A stretch of DNA of 64,000 bases from Callorhinchus milii (taxonomy: Eukaryota), in assembly GCF_018977255.1 (NCBI RefSeq), contig NW_024704742.1:35900001-35964000 (forward strand), written 5' to 3'. Positions within the stretch are counted from its first letter, which is position 1. Each line of letters begins with the position of its first letter. The position numbers and the translations under genes were made by a program. The notes under the pieces were generated by a model. The model had not been told where the DNA came from, searched no databases, and saw only the letters and a list, made by a program, of their open reading frames with translations. Of the stretch, positions 38,860 to 50,931 are shown in pieces.

Positions 38860-40690
38860 GTTAGCTCACCGACTGGGCATCACACCTGACTGGTCACTGT
38901 ATTTATGACTGTAATTCCCTTTGCTCATTCTCTTTCCCGTTGTCGTGTGAGTGTATCTCAAATGCACACACACACACGCACACGCGTTTGCCTTTGTGTG
39001 TACAGCTGCACTATGTGTGTACACATATGCGGGTGTCCGCGCGCATTGGGTGAGGTTCACACACCGAAAGTGCGTGCACTTGGGTACGTGCACATGGCAC
39101 ACGGGACGGGCACCAGTGGGAAAGATCCTCCCGATCTCTGGTCAACACTGCCATCGGGACCCCCGCAGGTCAGTGCGTGGTCCCTGTGCACTTGAACGCT
39201 CCCTTTGGGGAAACACTCCCGACATGTTTCATCCCAACCCCTCTCCCCCCTCCCCAACCCCCCCTCCCCAACCCCTCGTGAAACACAACCCTACAGAGTT
39301 CATCCTAATAGATGTTTACGGGAAATCATTAGTAACTCTCGGGCGCTCGTGAAAGAGGGTATTTAGAGCCTTGTCCCGATCTTTATTTGTCAGTGTAGCA
39401 CATGCAATGCTGTGTCCTGACCAGGAACTCCCAACAGGAAGAGTCCGCTTAACGCCATTCACTGTGAAACAAGGGGCAGCTCACATGTAAAGCCCGGAAT
39501 AAGCCACTTCATTCCTCCCCAAACTCCAGAATCGGATCCCAATGAATTGCATTGCGTCAATCTACGATATCATCTCGTGTATAGGGATGAGTCAGAGCTG
39601 TGGGGGGGGGGGGTTGCAGGGGGGTTTGCAGGGGGTTGGAGGGGGGGGGTTTAGGGTTTAACTAACTGGCCATAACACTGTGCAATTTTTTTTTAGGGGC
39701 GAAAGTAGGACCCGATCTGAAATCCGGTTCTCAGTGGAGATGCTCTTTTTTTTTTTGGGTCGGTTGTCCGTTTGAGACGCAGTGTTTCTTTGCAACGCGA
39801 CCAAAACGGTGATCGAATGCAAATCAATACCCTCATGAAACAGCGAGGACCCCCCTCCCCCCCTCCTCCCCTCCTCCCTCCCCTCCTCCTCCTCCTCCTC
39901 CCCTCCCCCCTCCTCCCCCCTCCTCCTCCTCCTCCTCCTCCCCTCCCACCCCCCTCCTCCCCTCCTCCCACCACCAAACAACAACAACAACAACAACAAG
40001 TTACACGTTTACGATCGGGATCAGCTCCTGGATTCAGAAATACCGACGTTGAAGTTGGACCGATTTAAGGAACGCCCTCCACCTGCGGCCCTCACCCCCT
40101 CTCTCTCGTGGGTGGGGTTTGGATGGAGTCAACCGATCCTTCCTTTACAAGAGGGGCTTTTTATTTTTATTTTATTTTTTTATTTTTTTTTTATTTTTGC
40201 ATTTATTTATTTTTTTTTATTTTATTTTATTTTTGCATTTATTTTTTTTTTTTTTTTTTGCTTTTTTTGCACTGACATCTCCCGTCGTCGGGAAAGAATC
40301 CCAGCGGTTGGGACGGGGCGGAGGGGATTGGATTGATTCTCTGCAGCGAAAGAAGAGTTTGCCCGGAACACTCCCTCTGGGTTTTTTTTTTGCAGAAGTC
40401 AAGACCAGAGCTCTCAATCGCTTCGTCGAAGCACTTTTCAGCGTTACTCGCGATGTTGCACTTCGCGAGGATGCAATTCGGGGGTTTTACAAAATTGCAA
40501 CCTCATGAAAAGAGGGGAGGGGGTGGGGGGGGGGGTGGGGGGGGGAAATACACGAAACACGATCTCTCCCCCCCCCCCCCCCCTCCCCACTCCCGGCAAT
40601 CCATTAGATCCGTGTAAAACCATTTACAAAGTAGCGTTGCAGCCCCCAGTTGGAGAGTGAGCACTGATCTGTCATCTCCCGACGTCTGAG
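38860..40690. promoter_or_regulatory. CpG-rich upstream region of BMP3, with C-rich, (CAA)n and T-rich low-complexity tracts
   Basis: CpG density is visibly much higher than in the flanking AT-rich DNA; lies 2-4 kb upstream of the BMP3 start codon. Confidence 0.55.
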
Positions 40691-40692
40691 AT

Positions 40693-41809
40693 GTGGTGGG
40701 TGGTGTGGGTGTGTGGGTGTGTGTGTGGGTGTATGGGGGGTGGGGAGGGTTAGTGGGGTGTGTGTGTGGGGGGGAGTGTATGAGGGGTGGGGGGGGTAGT
40801 GGGGGTGGGGTGTGTGTATGGGGGGTGGGGGGGGTGTATGGGGGTTGGGGGGGGGTAGTGGGGTGTGTGTGGGGGTGTATGGGGGGTGGGGGGGTGTATG
40901 GGGGGTGGGGGGGGTAGTGGGGTGTGTGTGGGGGGGTGGGGGGGGTAGTGGGGTGTGTGTGGTGGGGTGTATGGGGGGGGGGGGGTGTATGGGGGGTGGG
41001 GGGGTAGTGGGGTGTGTATGGGGGGTGGAGGGGGGTAGTGGGGTGTGTGGGGGGGTGTGTATGGGGGGGGGGGGGGTAGTGGGGTGTGTGGGGGGGTGTG
41101 TATGGGGGGGGGGGGGCAGTGGGGTGTGTGGGGGGGGTGTATGGGGGGTGGAGGGGGGTAGTGGGGTGTGTGGGGGGGTGTGTATGGGGGGTGGGGGGGG
41201 TGTATGGGGGTGGGGTGTGTGTATGGGGGGTGTATGGGGGTGGAGGGGGTAGTGGGGTGTGTGGGGGGGGTGTGTATGGGGGTGGGGGGGTGTATGGGGT
41301 AGTGGGGTGTGTGTGGGGGGTGTATGGGGGGTGGAGGGGGGTAGTGGGGTGTGTGGGGGGGTGTGTATGGGGGGTGGGGAGGGGTGTATGGGGGTGGGGG
41401 TGTGTATGGGGGGTGTATGGGTGGAGGGGGTAGTGGGGTGTGTGGGGGGGTGTATGGGGGTGGTGGGGTAGTGGGGGTGTGTGGGGGGGTGTATGGGGTG
41501 GGGGGGGTAGTGGGGTGTGTGGGGGGAGTGTATGGGGGTGGGGGGGTAGTGGGGTGTGTGGGGGGGGTGTATAGGGGGTGGAGGGGGGTAGTGGGGTGTG
41601 TGGGGGGTGTATGGGGGGTGGTGGGTAGTGGGTGTGTGGGGGGGGTGTATGGGGGTGGGGGGGTAGTGGGGTGTGTGGGGGGAGTGTATGGGGGGTGGGG
41701 GGGTAGTGGGGTGTGTGGGGTGGGGGGGGGGGTGTATGGGGGGTGGGGGTAGTGGGTGTGTGTGGGGGGGTGTATGGGGGGTGGAGGGGGTAGTGGGGTG
41801 TGTGGGGGT
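40693..41809 (+). repeat. G-rich satellite (GGGGGGTAGTGGGGTGTGTGGGGGGGTGTAT-like units)
   Basis: About 1.1 kb of G/T/A with essentially no C (one seen, at 41117) and dense G-runs. Confidence 0.95.
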
Positions 41810-41912
41810 TAAGTTCTGATTTGATTTAAGAGAGAGCAGCGGTTTGATTGGTCAGAGTTGGGCTCAGCCCTGAGTTGGGTCACATAACAGTGCGTTTTGC
41901 AGCCCCGATAGG
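41810..41912 (+). promoter_or_regulatory. Candidate BMP3 core promoter with an inverted CCAAT box (ATTGG, 41847-41851)
   Basis: Only unique sequence between the two repeats; no ATG seen between here and the start codon at 42624. Confidence 0.45.
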
Positions 41913-42335
41913 AACAGAGCAGCCGAGAGCCCGAGAGCCACACTCACTCACTCACTCACTCACTCACACAGAGCAGCCGAGAGCCACACTCACTCACTCA
42001 CTCACACAGAGCAGCCGAGAGCCACACTCACTCACTCACTCACTCACTCACACAGAGCAGCCGAGAGCCACACTCACTCACTCACTCACACAGAGCAGCC
42101 GAGAGTCACACTCACTCACTCACACACACAGAGCAGCCGAGAGCCACACTCACTCACTCACACACACAGAGCAGCCGAGAGCCACACTCACTCAGTCACT
42201 CACACACACACAGAGCAGCCGAGAGCCACACTCACTCAGTCACTCACTCACACACACACAGAGCAGCCGAGAGCCCGAGAGTCACACTCACTCAGTCACT
42301 CACACACACACACACAGAGCAGCCACTCAGTCAGT
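41913..42335 (+). repeat. Compound minisatellite CAGAGCAGCCGAGAGCCA+(CACT)n/(CA)n, 9 full units and 1 partial; probable BMP3 5' UTR
   Basis: GAGCAGCCGAGAG recurs at about 41917, 41971, 42009, 42054, 42094, 42131, 42169, 42213 and 42261. Confidence 0.9.
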
Positions 42336-42623
42336 CAGTCGGTCAGTGCCTCCCTCTGCCCCTCTGCCCCACACCACCAGACCCCGGGACAGCCACAGGA
42401 CAAGGCTCTGCCTCTCGCATCCATCGCACAGGCAGCAAACTATCCGCAGGCGACCCCGACCTCTGCAACTTACGCGAGGAACTTTCCCCCCTTCCCCCCC
42501 CACCTCCCCCCCCACCCCTCCCCCCACCCCCACCGCCACCACAACAACAACAACAACAACGTTTAGATCCCCAACTCATCAGCCGGAGTGCAGCCGCCGC
42601 TGCGCTGTGTGTGTGCGGAGGGG

Positions 42624-42909
42624 ATGGGCAGTTTGCGGACCCTGGTGTTCGTGTGTGTCGGGTGGAGCTGCTGCGGTCTGGGCTTCTCGGAGGCGCTGAG
42701 GGAGGGTCTCCGCGGACTGAGTGGGATGTCCGGTCCGGGCGGCGGGAGGGGGGACCCCGTCACCCCCAGGAAGCCCCCCAGCCCCAAAGCTTCGGGTCTG
42801 CTCCGGGACACGGTGTCGGAGCACATGTTGATGCTCTACACCAAGTACAAGGACTCGGGCTATCAGCTGAAGGATGGAAACACGGTCCGCAGTTACAAAG
42901 CACATTTGG
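42624..42909 (+). CDS. BMP3: BMP3 coding exon 1 (signal peptide and start of prodomain)
   Basis: GGGATGG Kozak context; MGSLRTLVFVCVGWSCCGLGFSEA signal-like sequence. DTVSEHMLMLYTKY and LKDGNTVRSYKA match recalled BMP3 DKVSEHMLRLYDRY and LREGNTVRSFRA. Donor G|GTGAGT, phase 1. Confidence 0.93.
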
Positions 42910-43330
42910 GTGAGTACACAGCGCAGAAGATGGGGGTCATGTTACCCCGAATGAGAAGAGTGGGGGGTGTGTGTGTGTGTGGGGGTATGTCACTGTTGGG
43001 GGGGGGGGGGTCTCGGTGTGTTTGCACTACAGGTGAGTTGGATTTTGCAAGAAAACTTGTGCCTACAATGTCTTTTTTTTTGGAGCATTCAGTGGCGACT
43101 GTCCGACCCGAAGCCCAGTTGTCCTGAGGCTGTGGTTAACTCTCCCGAGTTCCCCCCCCAAAGACTTTGTAAACACAAAATTAGGAGAATTTTTTTTCTG
43201 ATGCAAAAAGTACTGGGGATCTCTCCATACTGTGGCTCTCAGCGAATGTAACTGGGGACCTCTCTCGATGCGGATTGCATTTTAATTCTGCGTCCTGGGG
43301 TTTTCTCATCAGTTCGTTGCACTACATTTG

Positions 43331-43660
43331 TGGAGTCCTGTAGCTCAGTGGTTAGAGCACTCGCTTTGCAAGTGAGAGACCTGAGTTCAATTCCAGGCAG
43401 AGGGCGAAACCTTGGGCAAGTTTCCTTACTCCACACAGAGCCTAATAATAATCCCTCCAAAACCAAAAACAATAATTAAATTGGTCATTTTCAATCTACG
43501 ACTGTTTGTGGGACATTGCTGTGCGCAATTGGCTGCCACGTTCGCCCACAAATATACAGTCAATTCACTTTACAGTGTGTTCTGTGAAGCGCTTTGGGAC
43601 GTCCTCCCGACGTGAAAAGCGCTATATCAAATGCAAGGATTATTATTATTATTATTATAT
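43331..43660 (+). mobile_element. Full-length tRNA-derived SINE, short subfamily, with TSD TACATTTG
   Basis: tRNA head, body, L2-type stem-loop tail and (TTA)n; TACATTTG at 43323-43330 and 43661-43668. Confidence 0.95.
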
Positions 43661-45984
43661 TACATTTGAAAGAGATGACATGCCACTGTCAACCAGTCAG
43701 TTGCATTGGATTTGGTTCCCTTTTAACAGCACCGGTTGCGTTGGCTTTTCCATGGTTTCCCATTATTTGCCCACACATACACAGTCACTACACTTCACGG
43801 TAAATCCAGCTCTGAGGCATTTTGATGACGTGGTGAGGTGCAACATCAAGTGCAAGGATTTATAGATATTTTTTTTATCTCAATCAGTTGATGCTCTGGT
43901 TTGGAAAACAATCCATTTTTTTTTGGGGGGGGGGGGGTATTCTGCTGCAATTAAAGTCAGATCATCTGGTTTTGAGTTGCAATTTCCTAGAATGAATTAG
44001 GACATGTTGTGTTCCTGGGGCAATGATTTTTTTTATAAACTCAAGTTAATAATCTCCGAAGATAATGCTGGAGAGTACCTTCGGGGCTCAATTACGTGAC
44101 CGATCCACAGCGGAGTGGATCTGTCGCGGCTCAGCTCTGATTGGAATCGTATTTCCCTCCCCACGGTTTTCTCCCCTTGTGCTCAAGTTTTCAAGGAGAG
44201 CAAGTAAGTCATTGGTGAGAAGGAACAGCTTCAAAGGTGGGCAGCAACTCTCCAGTGTTGTGCTGAAATTGCTGCCCTTCGTGGTCAGTTGGTTCCCTCA
44301 TTTCCCCCTCTCGACTCTCTACCCCCTCCTCTCTCCCTCCCTTTCCTCCCCTCACCCTGACCATTTCCCTGCTCGGGTCCTGACCCAACTGTCCAGCGCC
44401 TTGGGATGTCCTCCCAATGTGAAAGGCGCCCTATAAATGGAATCTTGTTGGTGGTGGTGGTGGTGTTGGTGGACTTTTGCAGTATGAGAGAGTCACAGCC
44501 CAAACTCAAACCTGTCCCCCCCCACCCCCACCCCCACACTTCCAATAGGAGTCACTGGATAGCGGTTATGAATGGAAACCTTGGCCAAACCTTTTTCCAG
44601 CCTTAGCAGAGAAACACTGAGGCCAATTGTGATGTCCCCACATCCGATTTGCTTGAGATTAGGTAATTCACCACAGACCAGCGGATTGAACCTGGAGCTT
44701 TCTTATTAATCTCTGTCGCTACTTACAACGCGCATTGCATGTAGTCACTAAACCATCAGGGGAGCTATGTTATTGCAATTGTTGTACGCTGGAAGAAAGA
44801 ATGGGTACGTATGTTACTACAAAATAATCAAGTGGTAATTTTAAGCCTGAAATCTAATTAAAGGGTTCAAATTAGATTAACGAGACATTCAAGCTTCACT
44901 TCCCACAGTATGCGATGCAGTTAAATTGAGAGTAAAATATACTTGGGTGAGATTTATAAGGCTGCATGCAATTGAAGGTTTCAGATTAAGTCATAAAGCA
45001 TGAGAGCAAAGGTCAAGCAATTTATAAATACCTGGAATCCACGATTACGTTACGACCTTGGTTGGCGTCATGATCAGATATCTCATTCGCTTTTTAAATA
45101 TTTACCGTTGTGTTTATGAAGATGACAATTTCATTTCTGGATGTTTTATATCAGTGAGGTCAGGAGGTACCACACACCTAATTCATCTGAATATTCACGA
45201 CCAGGTGCTTTGTACCAGGAAGTAGAACCCAAAAAGGAAATAACTGCTGGAAATCTGAAATCAAATCAGAAATTGTTGGAAATTCACCAGTCGATCAGCA
45301 TCTGAAAGAGAAAAGCAGGGCGATAGTTAGGAGTGTGTCAATACTTTAGTCGTCTTGCATCAAATGTGAAGAAACTAAAGCTCAACTCATTTTTTTTTCA
45401 GATGTTAATTGATCTGATGTGCATTCTCATTTTATAATATTATTAATACTACGTGTTGGTTATAAAGCGTTATTAAACCTTTGTTTCTGTTTGTTACTGA
45501 ATTTATCAAGATATGAAACAACTTGTAAACATTATAGGATACTTCACTGTAGTATTCTGCCTTTGAATATAAACTTGCACTCATTTTAGGAATGCATAGA
45601 TTTTGCTGAAATGTTTTCCCCAAAACTTTACCCTGGATTTAAGGACATTTCCACCATTCTCTAATGTAACCTGAGGTATCAAGAGATTGGCACTGAAATG
45701 GGTATCAGTTGACACATCTTGAAATCAATGCATTCTTTTTATATTGACTTTTAGATTTGCTCAATAAGTTTGATATTCATATAAGGTGAAGTACCTGAGC
45801 ACTGAACCCACAAATTACCTTCCCAAAATTTGTTTTAGTTTTCTTGACTAATAAAACATATCAAAATTTCATTAAAGATACACTATTGTGCTGTTTGTTG
45901 TTGAGTGGGCGGATGAGGTGAGTTTCCAAATGAAAATGTATTGGAATCTCCAATTCCAATCAAACATACCACTTGTATATGTTC

Positions 45985-46210
45985 TCATCGCTTTTCCGGG
46001 GGTAATAATCCCTTCAAAACAAAAGTAATAATAACTTGGTCACTCAATCCACGACTGCTTGTGGGGCATTGCTGTGCGCAATTGGTTGCCGCATTTCACC
46101 CACAATATAAACAGTCACTACACCTTACAGTATATTCTGTGAAGCGCTTTGAGATGTCTTGATGCTGTGATGAGGCGCTATATCAAATGCAAGGATTATT
46201 ATTATTATTA
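45985..46210 (+). mobile_element. 5'-truncated tRNA-SINE, long subfamily
   Basis: CGCTTTTCCGGGGGTAATAATCCC...TGTGAAGCGCTTTGAG...GCGCTATATCAAATGCAAGGA(TTA)n. Confidence 0.85.
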
Positions 46211-47853
46211 CTGTCTCATTGGGAACGGGCTCAGGTCTCCTACTTCCTTTCTAAAACAGGAGATGATGTGCAAATTCTTAAAAGAAATCGAGGAAAAAAA
46301 ATTGAAAATTCACCCCTAATACTTCTTCAGAATTGTTTTTTCTTTTTTGAAACATTCAAGCAATTGAGAAGTTCATTGCTCTTCCACATCCCAAGCATTG
46401 AGCGTGACAACACCTATATGTGCCTTTACAACGTTCACGTGCTGTGCCATCTTGTAGTCAATGCACTCCTCAGTCGTCTTGCACTCAATTTTTTTTTGTC
46501 TTCCATCACATTGAGAATTCATTTGCCAGCCTTTTGAAATCGTCAAACTGTTCAGAGTTATGTCATTTGAACTTCTTTTTAGACAGTAATGTTACACAAC
46601 AGTGATGACAACTTTACATTTATTTAGCGCTTTTCACATCAGGAAGACATGACAAAGCTCTTCACTGGGAGCCCGGGAGTGGGGGAGCTGAGGAGGGTAG
46701 GGGGGGGAAGAGAAAAAGTGACCAAAGTCCAGTTTGATACATCGTACATCACAGTCTTGTCTATTAACCATCTTACTTAATTTCATTTTGATCTTGGTTC
46801 AGTTGTAACCAGCCTTTCAAAGTGAACTTTGATTGTCACGGCATACTCCCAGTGCCACTACATAGTCACATGTTGTGCAACCTCATAATTTCACTTGAAA
46901 ATCACACCTTTTCTACATAGGTATGTGCAACTAACTCCCTTTATAAATATGGAATCTAATGACTCACATCTCTTCTATGCTGGATGTATCATTGTTGAAT
47001 GCCCTTGTTACTCATGCTACGTTTCATTTTGAAGTCAAAAATGTTCAGAGCTGAATTCTTCCTGCTTTCCCCCCACCAATTCAGATATTATATCTCTGTA
47101 CATATTGCTGCTGTGGGTCATTGCAATATCATGTACATTTGAGATTGTAAGTTGCATTTGATGGCGAAAGAGCTCCCCCTGTCATCAGCAATGGGTCTCT
47201 GTGAATCAGCAAGTTTCACACCAAGCTTTTATTTGAAATCTGCCACAGATCAAGTCAGACAGACATATCTGCATATAAGAAGCTTGACAGTAAAGTAACT
47301 GAATCAGGACAGGGATATGGATTCACATACAACAGAAATACATCTAAACCAGTGAGGTTACAGTTACGCTTTCATAGTGTGTCTTCACCACAAGGGTGAA
47401 GGCACCTTTTACTGTACAAATTGGTTGTGACAAACAGCACTTACTTGTTTTTTCCACACTTGTGAATTGATATAAAGTGTAAATATATTGAATTATATGT
47501 TGTGAATTTAAAGTGTAAGTGGTAATAAATGTCATGCAGTCACTTATGTGAAATCAATTCAATAGATTTGATCGAATGATGTCATAAACCAGACAACAAA
47601 ACTCAAGTGGTTTATAGACGTCAGCTGATAGTTATTACAGTACATTCACTTAATGCATTGAATTCACCACTAGATGTTTGTCATTCTTTATTTTTGTGTA
47701 ACAGATAGCTTGTTTATTTTAGATCGGCATTTTAACTGTTATGTAATGTGTGGGACAGATGCAATGCTAGACCTGGTGTAACTAGGTGAAAGGGTAACAA
47801 AACTGGCAGTGACAATAGGACCTAAGTGGTATGTGAATCGCATAACATAATCG

Positions 47854-48163
47854 TGGAGTCCTGCAGCTCAGTGGTTAGAGCACTCGCTTTGCAAGTGAGA
47901 GACCTGAGTTCAATTCTAGGCAGAGGGCGAAACCTTGGGCAAGTTTCCTTACTCCACACGCCTAATAATAATCCCTCCAAAAACAATAATAAATTGGTCA
48001 TTTTCAATCTACGACTGTTTGTGGGACATTGCTTTGCGCAATTGGCTGCCGCGTTCGCCCATAAATATGCAGTCAATTCACTTTATATTCTGTGAAGTGC
48101 TTTGGGACGTCTAGAAGACGTGAAAAGCGCTATATCAAATGCAAGGGTTATTATTATTATTAT
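47854..48163 (+). mobile_element. Full-length tRNA-derived SINE, short subfamily
   Basis: Near-identical to the copy at 43331. Confidence 0.93.
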
Positions 48164-49049
48164 AACGTATGCTATAATACAGTATTACAGCTGGGCTATC
48201 TGTCCTCTACAAGATTATGACCCTGAGTGGCATCAACAAAGTTGTTAGCGTGTAAGAGAGACCTCTATGCCTATGCCAGGAACACAAGAGCTGCTGCAGC
48301 TGCCCATCAACATTCTGCATCAATACCAAATGCCTGCAGCGAATAGCAGTGGTGAAGCTTCACACTGCACACCCTCTTCTGTGGAGCTTTCTCCTAGGGA
48401 GCGTCTCCCTATGTGCAGATTCAAATGTATAGAGTTAGCTATTGTTGTCAAAGACAGTTCGAGCTTGCAATAACTATCGAAAAACTCTGGCTTTTCTTAG
48501 GGTAACCCACCACAAGTGTCCAATATTGTTATTGTACTTTTGTGACATTTGCTGTTTCAGGCTGCACCCTGTTTCATGCCTCCGAGGATTACATTTTCTT
48601 TTCTTTTTTGGTTTCCCCACGGTCAAGCAAACTGTACGCAATACGTGATAAACAATTATATAATAAGTAGAGTAGAATAAGTTAATTACCAACAGAGAAT
48701 CAGACGTGCAGCCACCAAGGTTGGTAAATATGGAGCTCTCTGGTTTGGATACTCTAAAGCATGGTGATGAGTTTCCGCATATGTCATACATCTGGTTAAC
48801 CAAACAAAAACACCCTAGCATTGCCATAATCTACAGCATAAGTTAAAGGAGGATTGTTTACATGGGCACCTTTTTGTGTGTGTGGCGGGGTGGCCCTGCA
48901 AGAGTGAGAAAAAATAGAAGAGCCATACGTCAGTTTTGTTACAATGCCACACTCAAATGATATGTAGACATCTCTGATAATGTGTTTGAGCATGATTTAT
49001 GTCATCATATCAGCTGTTTGCAGACAAATTAAAGGTTTGTCAAACACTT

Positions 49050-49752
49050 TAACAATAACAACAACAAGATTACATTTGTATAGCGGCTTTCACGTCGGGA
49101 GGACGTCCCAAGGCGCTGAACAGTGTACAGAGTTTCAGACCCGAGCTGGGGTCAAGCGGGGAGAAGGGAGGGGAAGGGGGGGTGACCGATGGCATGGTCG
49201 AAAAGGAGGGTTTTGAGGTAGGACTTGAAGGAGGCTAAGGAGGGGGCGAGGCGGAGTGATTGGGGGATCGAATTCCAGAGGTTGGGGGCAGAATGGCTAA
49301 AAGCTCTCCCGCCAATGGTGGATCGGGGGACGTGGAGCAGGCTGGAGCCGACTGAGTGGAGGGAGCGGGCAGGTTGGTAGGGGGTTAGGAGGTCGCAGAG
49401 GTACAGTGGGGCGAGGCCATGGAGGACTTTGTATTTGAGGACCAGGATCTTGAACTGGATCCTCTGAAGGATAGGGAGTCAATGGAGTCGGGCGAGAATG
49501 GGGTAGGTGGGGTCGCGGAGTTTGGTGCGGGAGAGGACACGGGCTGCAATCTGTGGAGGGAGGAGTTGGGAAGGCCGACAAGCAGGGCGTTTGCATAGTC
49601 GAGCCTGGAGGTGATGAAGACATGAACAAGAGTTTCAGGGGCCTGAGCGGTAAGGTAGTGGCAGAGTTGGGCGATGTTATGGAGGTGAGGGAACATGAAC
49701 AACAACAACAACAAGATTCCATTTATAAAGCGCCTTTCACGTCAGGAGGATG
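49050..49752 (-). mobile_element. L2 LINE 3' fragment, with a second isolated L2 tail at 49697-49752
   Basis: PHLHNIAQL..ETLVHVFITSRLDYANALLVGLP on the minus strand; (CAA)n tails at about 49052 and 49698. Confidence 0.9.
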
Positions 49753-50842
49753 AAGATAGTGTCCCTTTTAGGTAATAAACTGTAGACTACACAGAACATG
49801 CCATAACATTTTTCATCAAGATAGTGCCTCTTTAACTTTAACTCACTGACTTTTCACAATTTTTTTTTGTTGGCTGTAATGAAATTTTAGCTTTTAAGGC
49901 AAATATTGTGCTGTTTCACGATGCTCTAAAAACTTCTGTTAAATATTCTATGCATTTAATCTACACTGCTACTGTGGAAATGTGAAACATTAAAAATCAC
50001 AGGAACTTATTAATAGCTTGTTAGTTTGTCAGTGTACGTGCAGTTTCTACCTTACTGTGGGGTTTCACATGGATGTTTCATAGTTAATACAAGATCCAAC
50101 CATGGCTTACGTAATGTGAATAGAACCAAACGCTTTTTAGAGCAGCTATGGTTTAATATAGCCCGTGATACCAAGACAATGTTTACCCTGTTTGCCTGCA
50201 ATGAACAAAACCATGCATGTTTCTACTCCAAAGAGCTGACTGAATTGGACTAAATTATAGGGTTAGTGTAACTGAAGACGATTTCAAAGTTTAAGATGAT
50301 ATAAGAGTTCAGACTCTAATGTACACAATGCAAATTGGAAACTGCAATCAAATTCTCAAAGAAGGTGTTGTACTGGATTTCATTATTTTACATTCTTTGT
50401 CAAAGTTCATGTTCATAATAATATGGGAGTCTTTAGAGCTTTGACATGTATACATACAGGTACTAACATGGACTGAAAACACTGTTGTGAGTGGCTGAAG
50501 CACTGAAACTAGTTTTCATTCTTGCTGGTTAATCATTTGCTGAGTGCAGTAAATTTCTGTCAGTATGTCACTGAGCAATAAAACAGTATCTGTTGTGAAT
50601 CTAAAACGTAAAACATGACAAGGCTGAATTTTAGAAATGAATCTATGCACGACCTTATAATAAAACAGTTTTTAAAACATACAGTGCTTTTTTTTTGCCC
50701 CATTGATTTATAGAAATAATCCTCAATGTGATATAATCCCATCAAATTCAAATGTGGTAATGTCATTTGTGGTCATTTCTGTAACTTTTGGGCTAATAAT
50801 GCTATCACCAGCATTGCAGTCAAGATTGTATAATATATGTTC

Positions 50843-50931
50843 CACACAAGTGGTCAACAATGCAAAATTAAATGCTGACCTTTTGATGGGAATAGAGATT
50901 ATTTCAACTGTTCCAATATCTTGGAAACAAC
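50843..50931 (+). pseudogene. Duplicated fragment of BMP3 exon 2 within intron 1
   Basis: 81/89 identical to 52201-52289 with no gaps (TQVVNNAKLNADLLMGIEIISTVPISWKQ vs TQVVNNAKLNDDLLIGIEITSTVPRSWKQ). Confidence 0.92.

Noticed and set aside
39658..40508. Poly-Pro, poly-Gly and poly-Phe ORFs
   Set aside because: They are translations of C-rich, (CAA)n and T-rich low-complexity tracts.
40693..41752. Several Gly/Val/Cys/Trp-rich ORFs
   Set aside because: They are translations of the G-rich satellite: low complexity, open in multiple frames, with no gene structure.
41848..42699. 283-aa ORF and a CRISPR-like repeat/spacer appearance
   Set aside because: The ORF is a minisatellite translation with a non-ATG start, out of frame with BMP3. 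The spacers are (CACT)n microsatellites rather than unique sequences, the context is eukaryotic and there are no cas genes.
43331..43405. tRNA-Ala(TGC)-like genes (also at 37012, 47854, 51312, 53472 and 56448)
   Set aside because: Each continues into the same SINE body and tail and lacks a proper acceptor stem and terminator; they are SINE heads.
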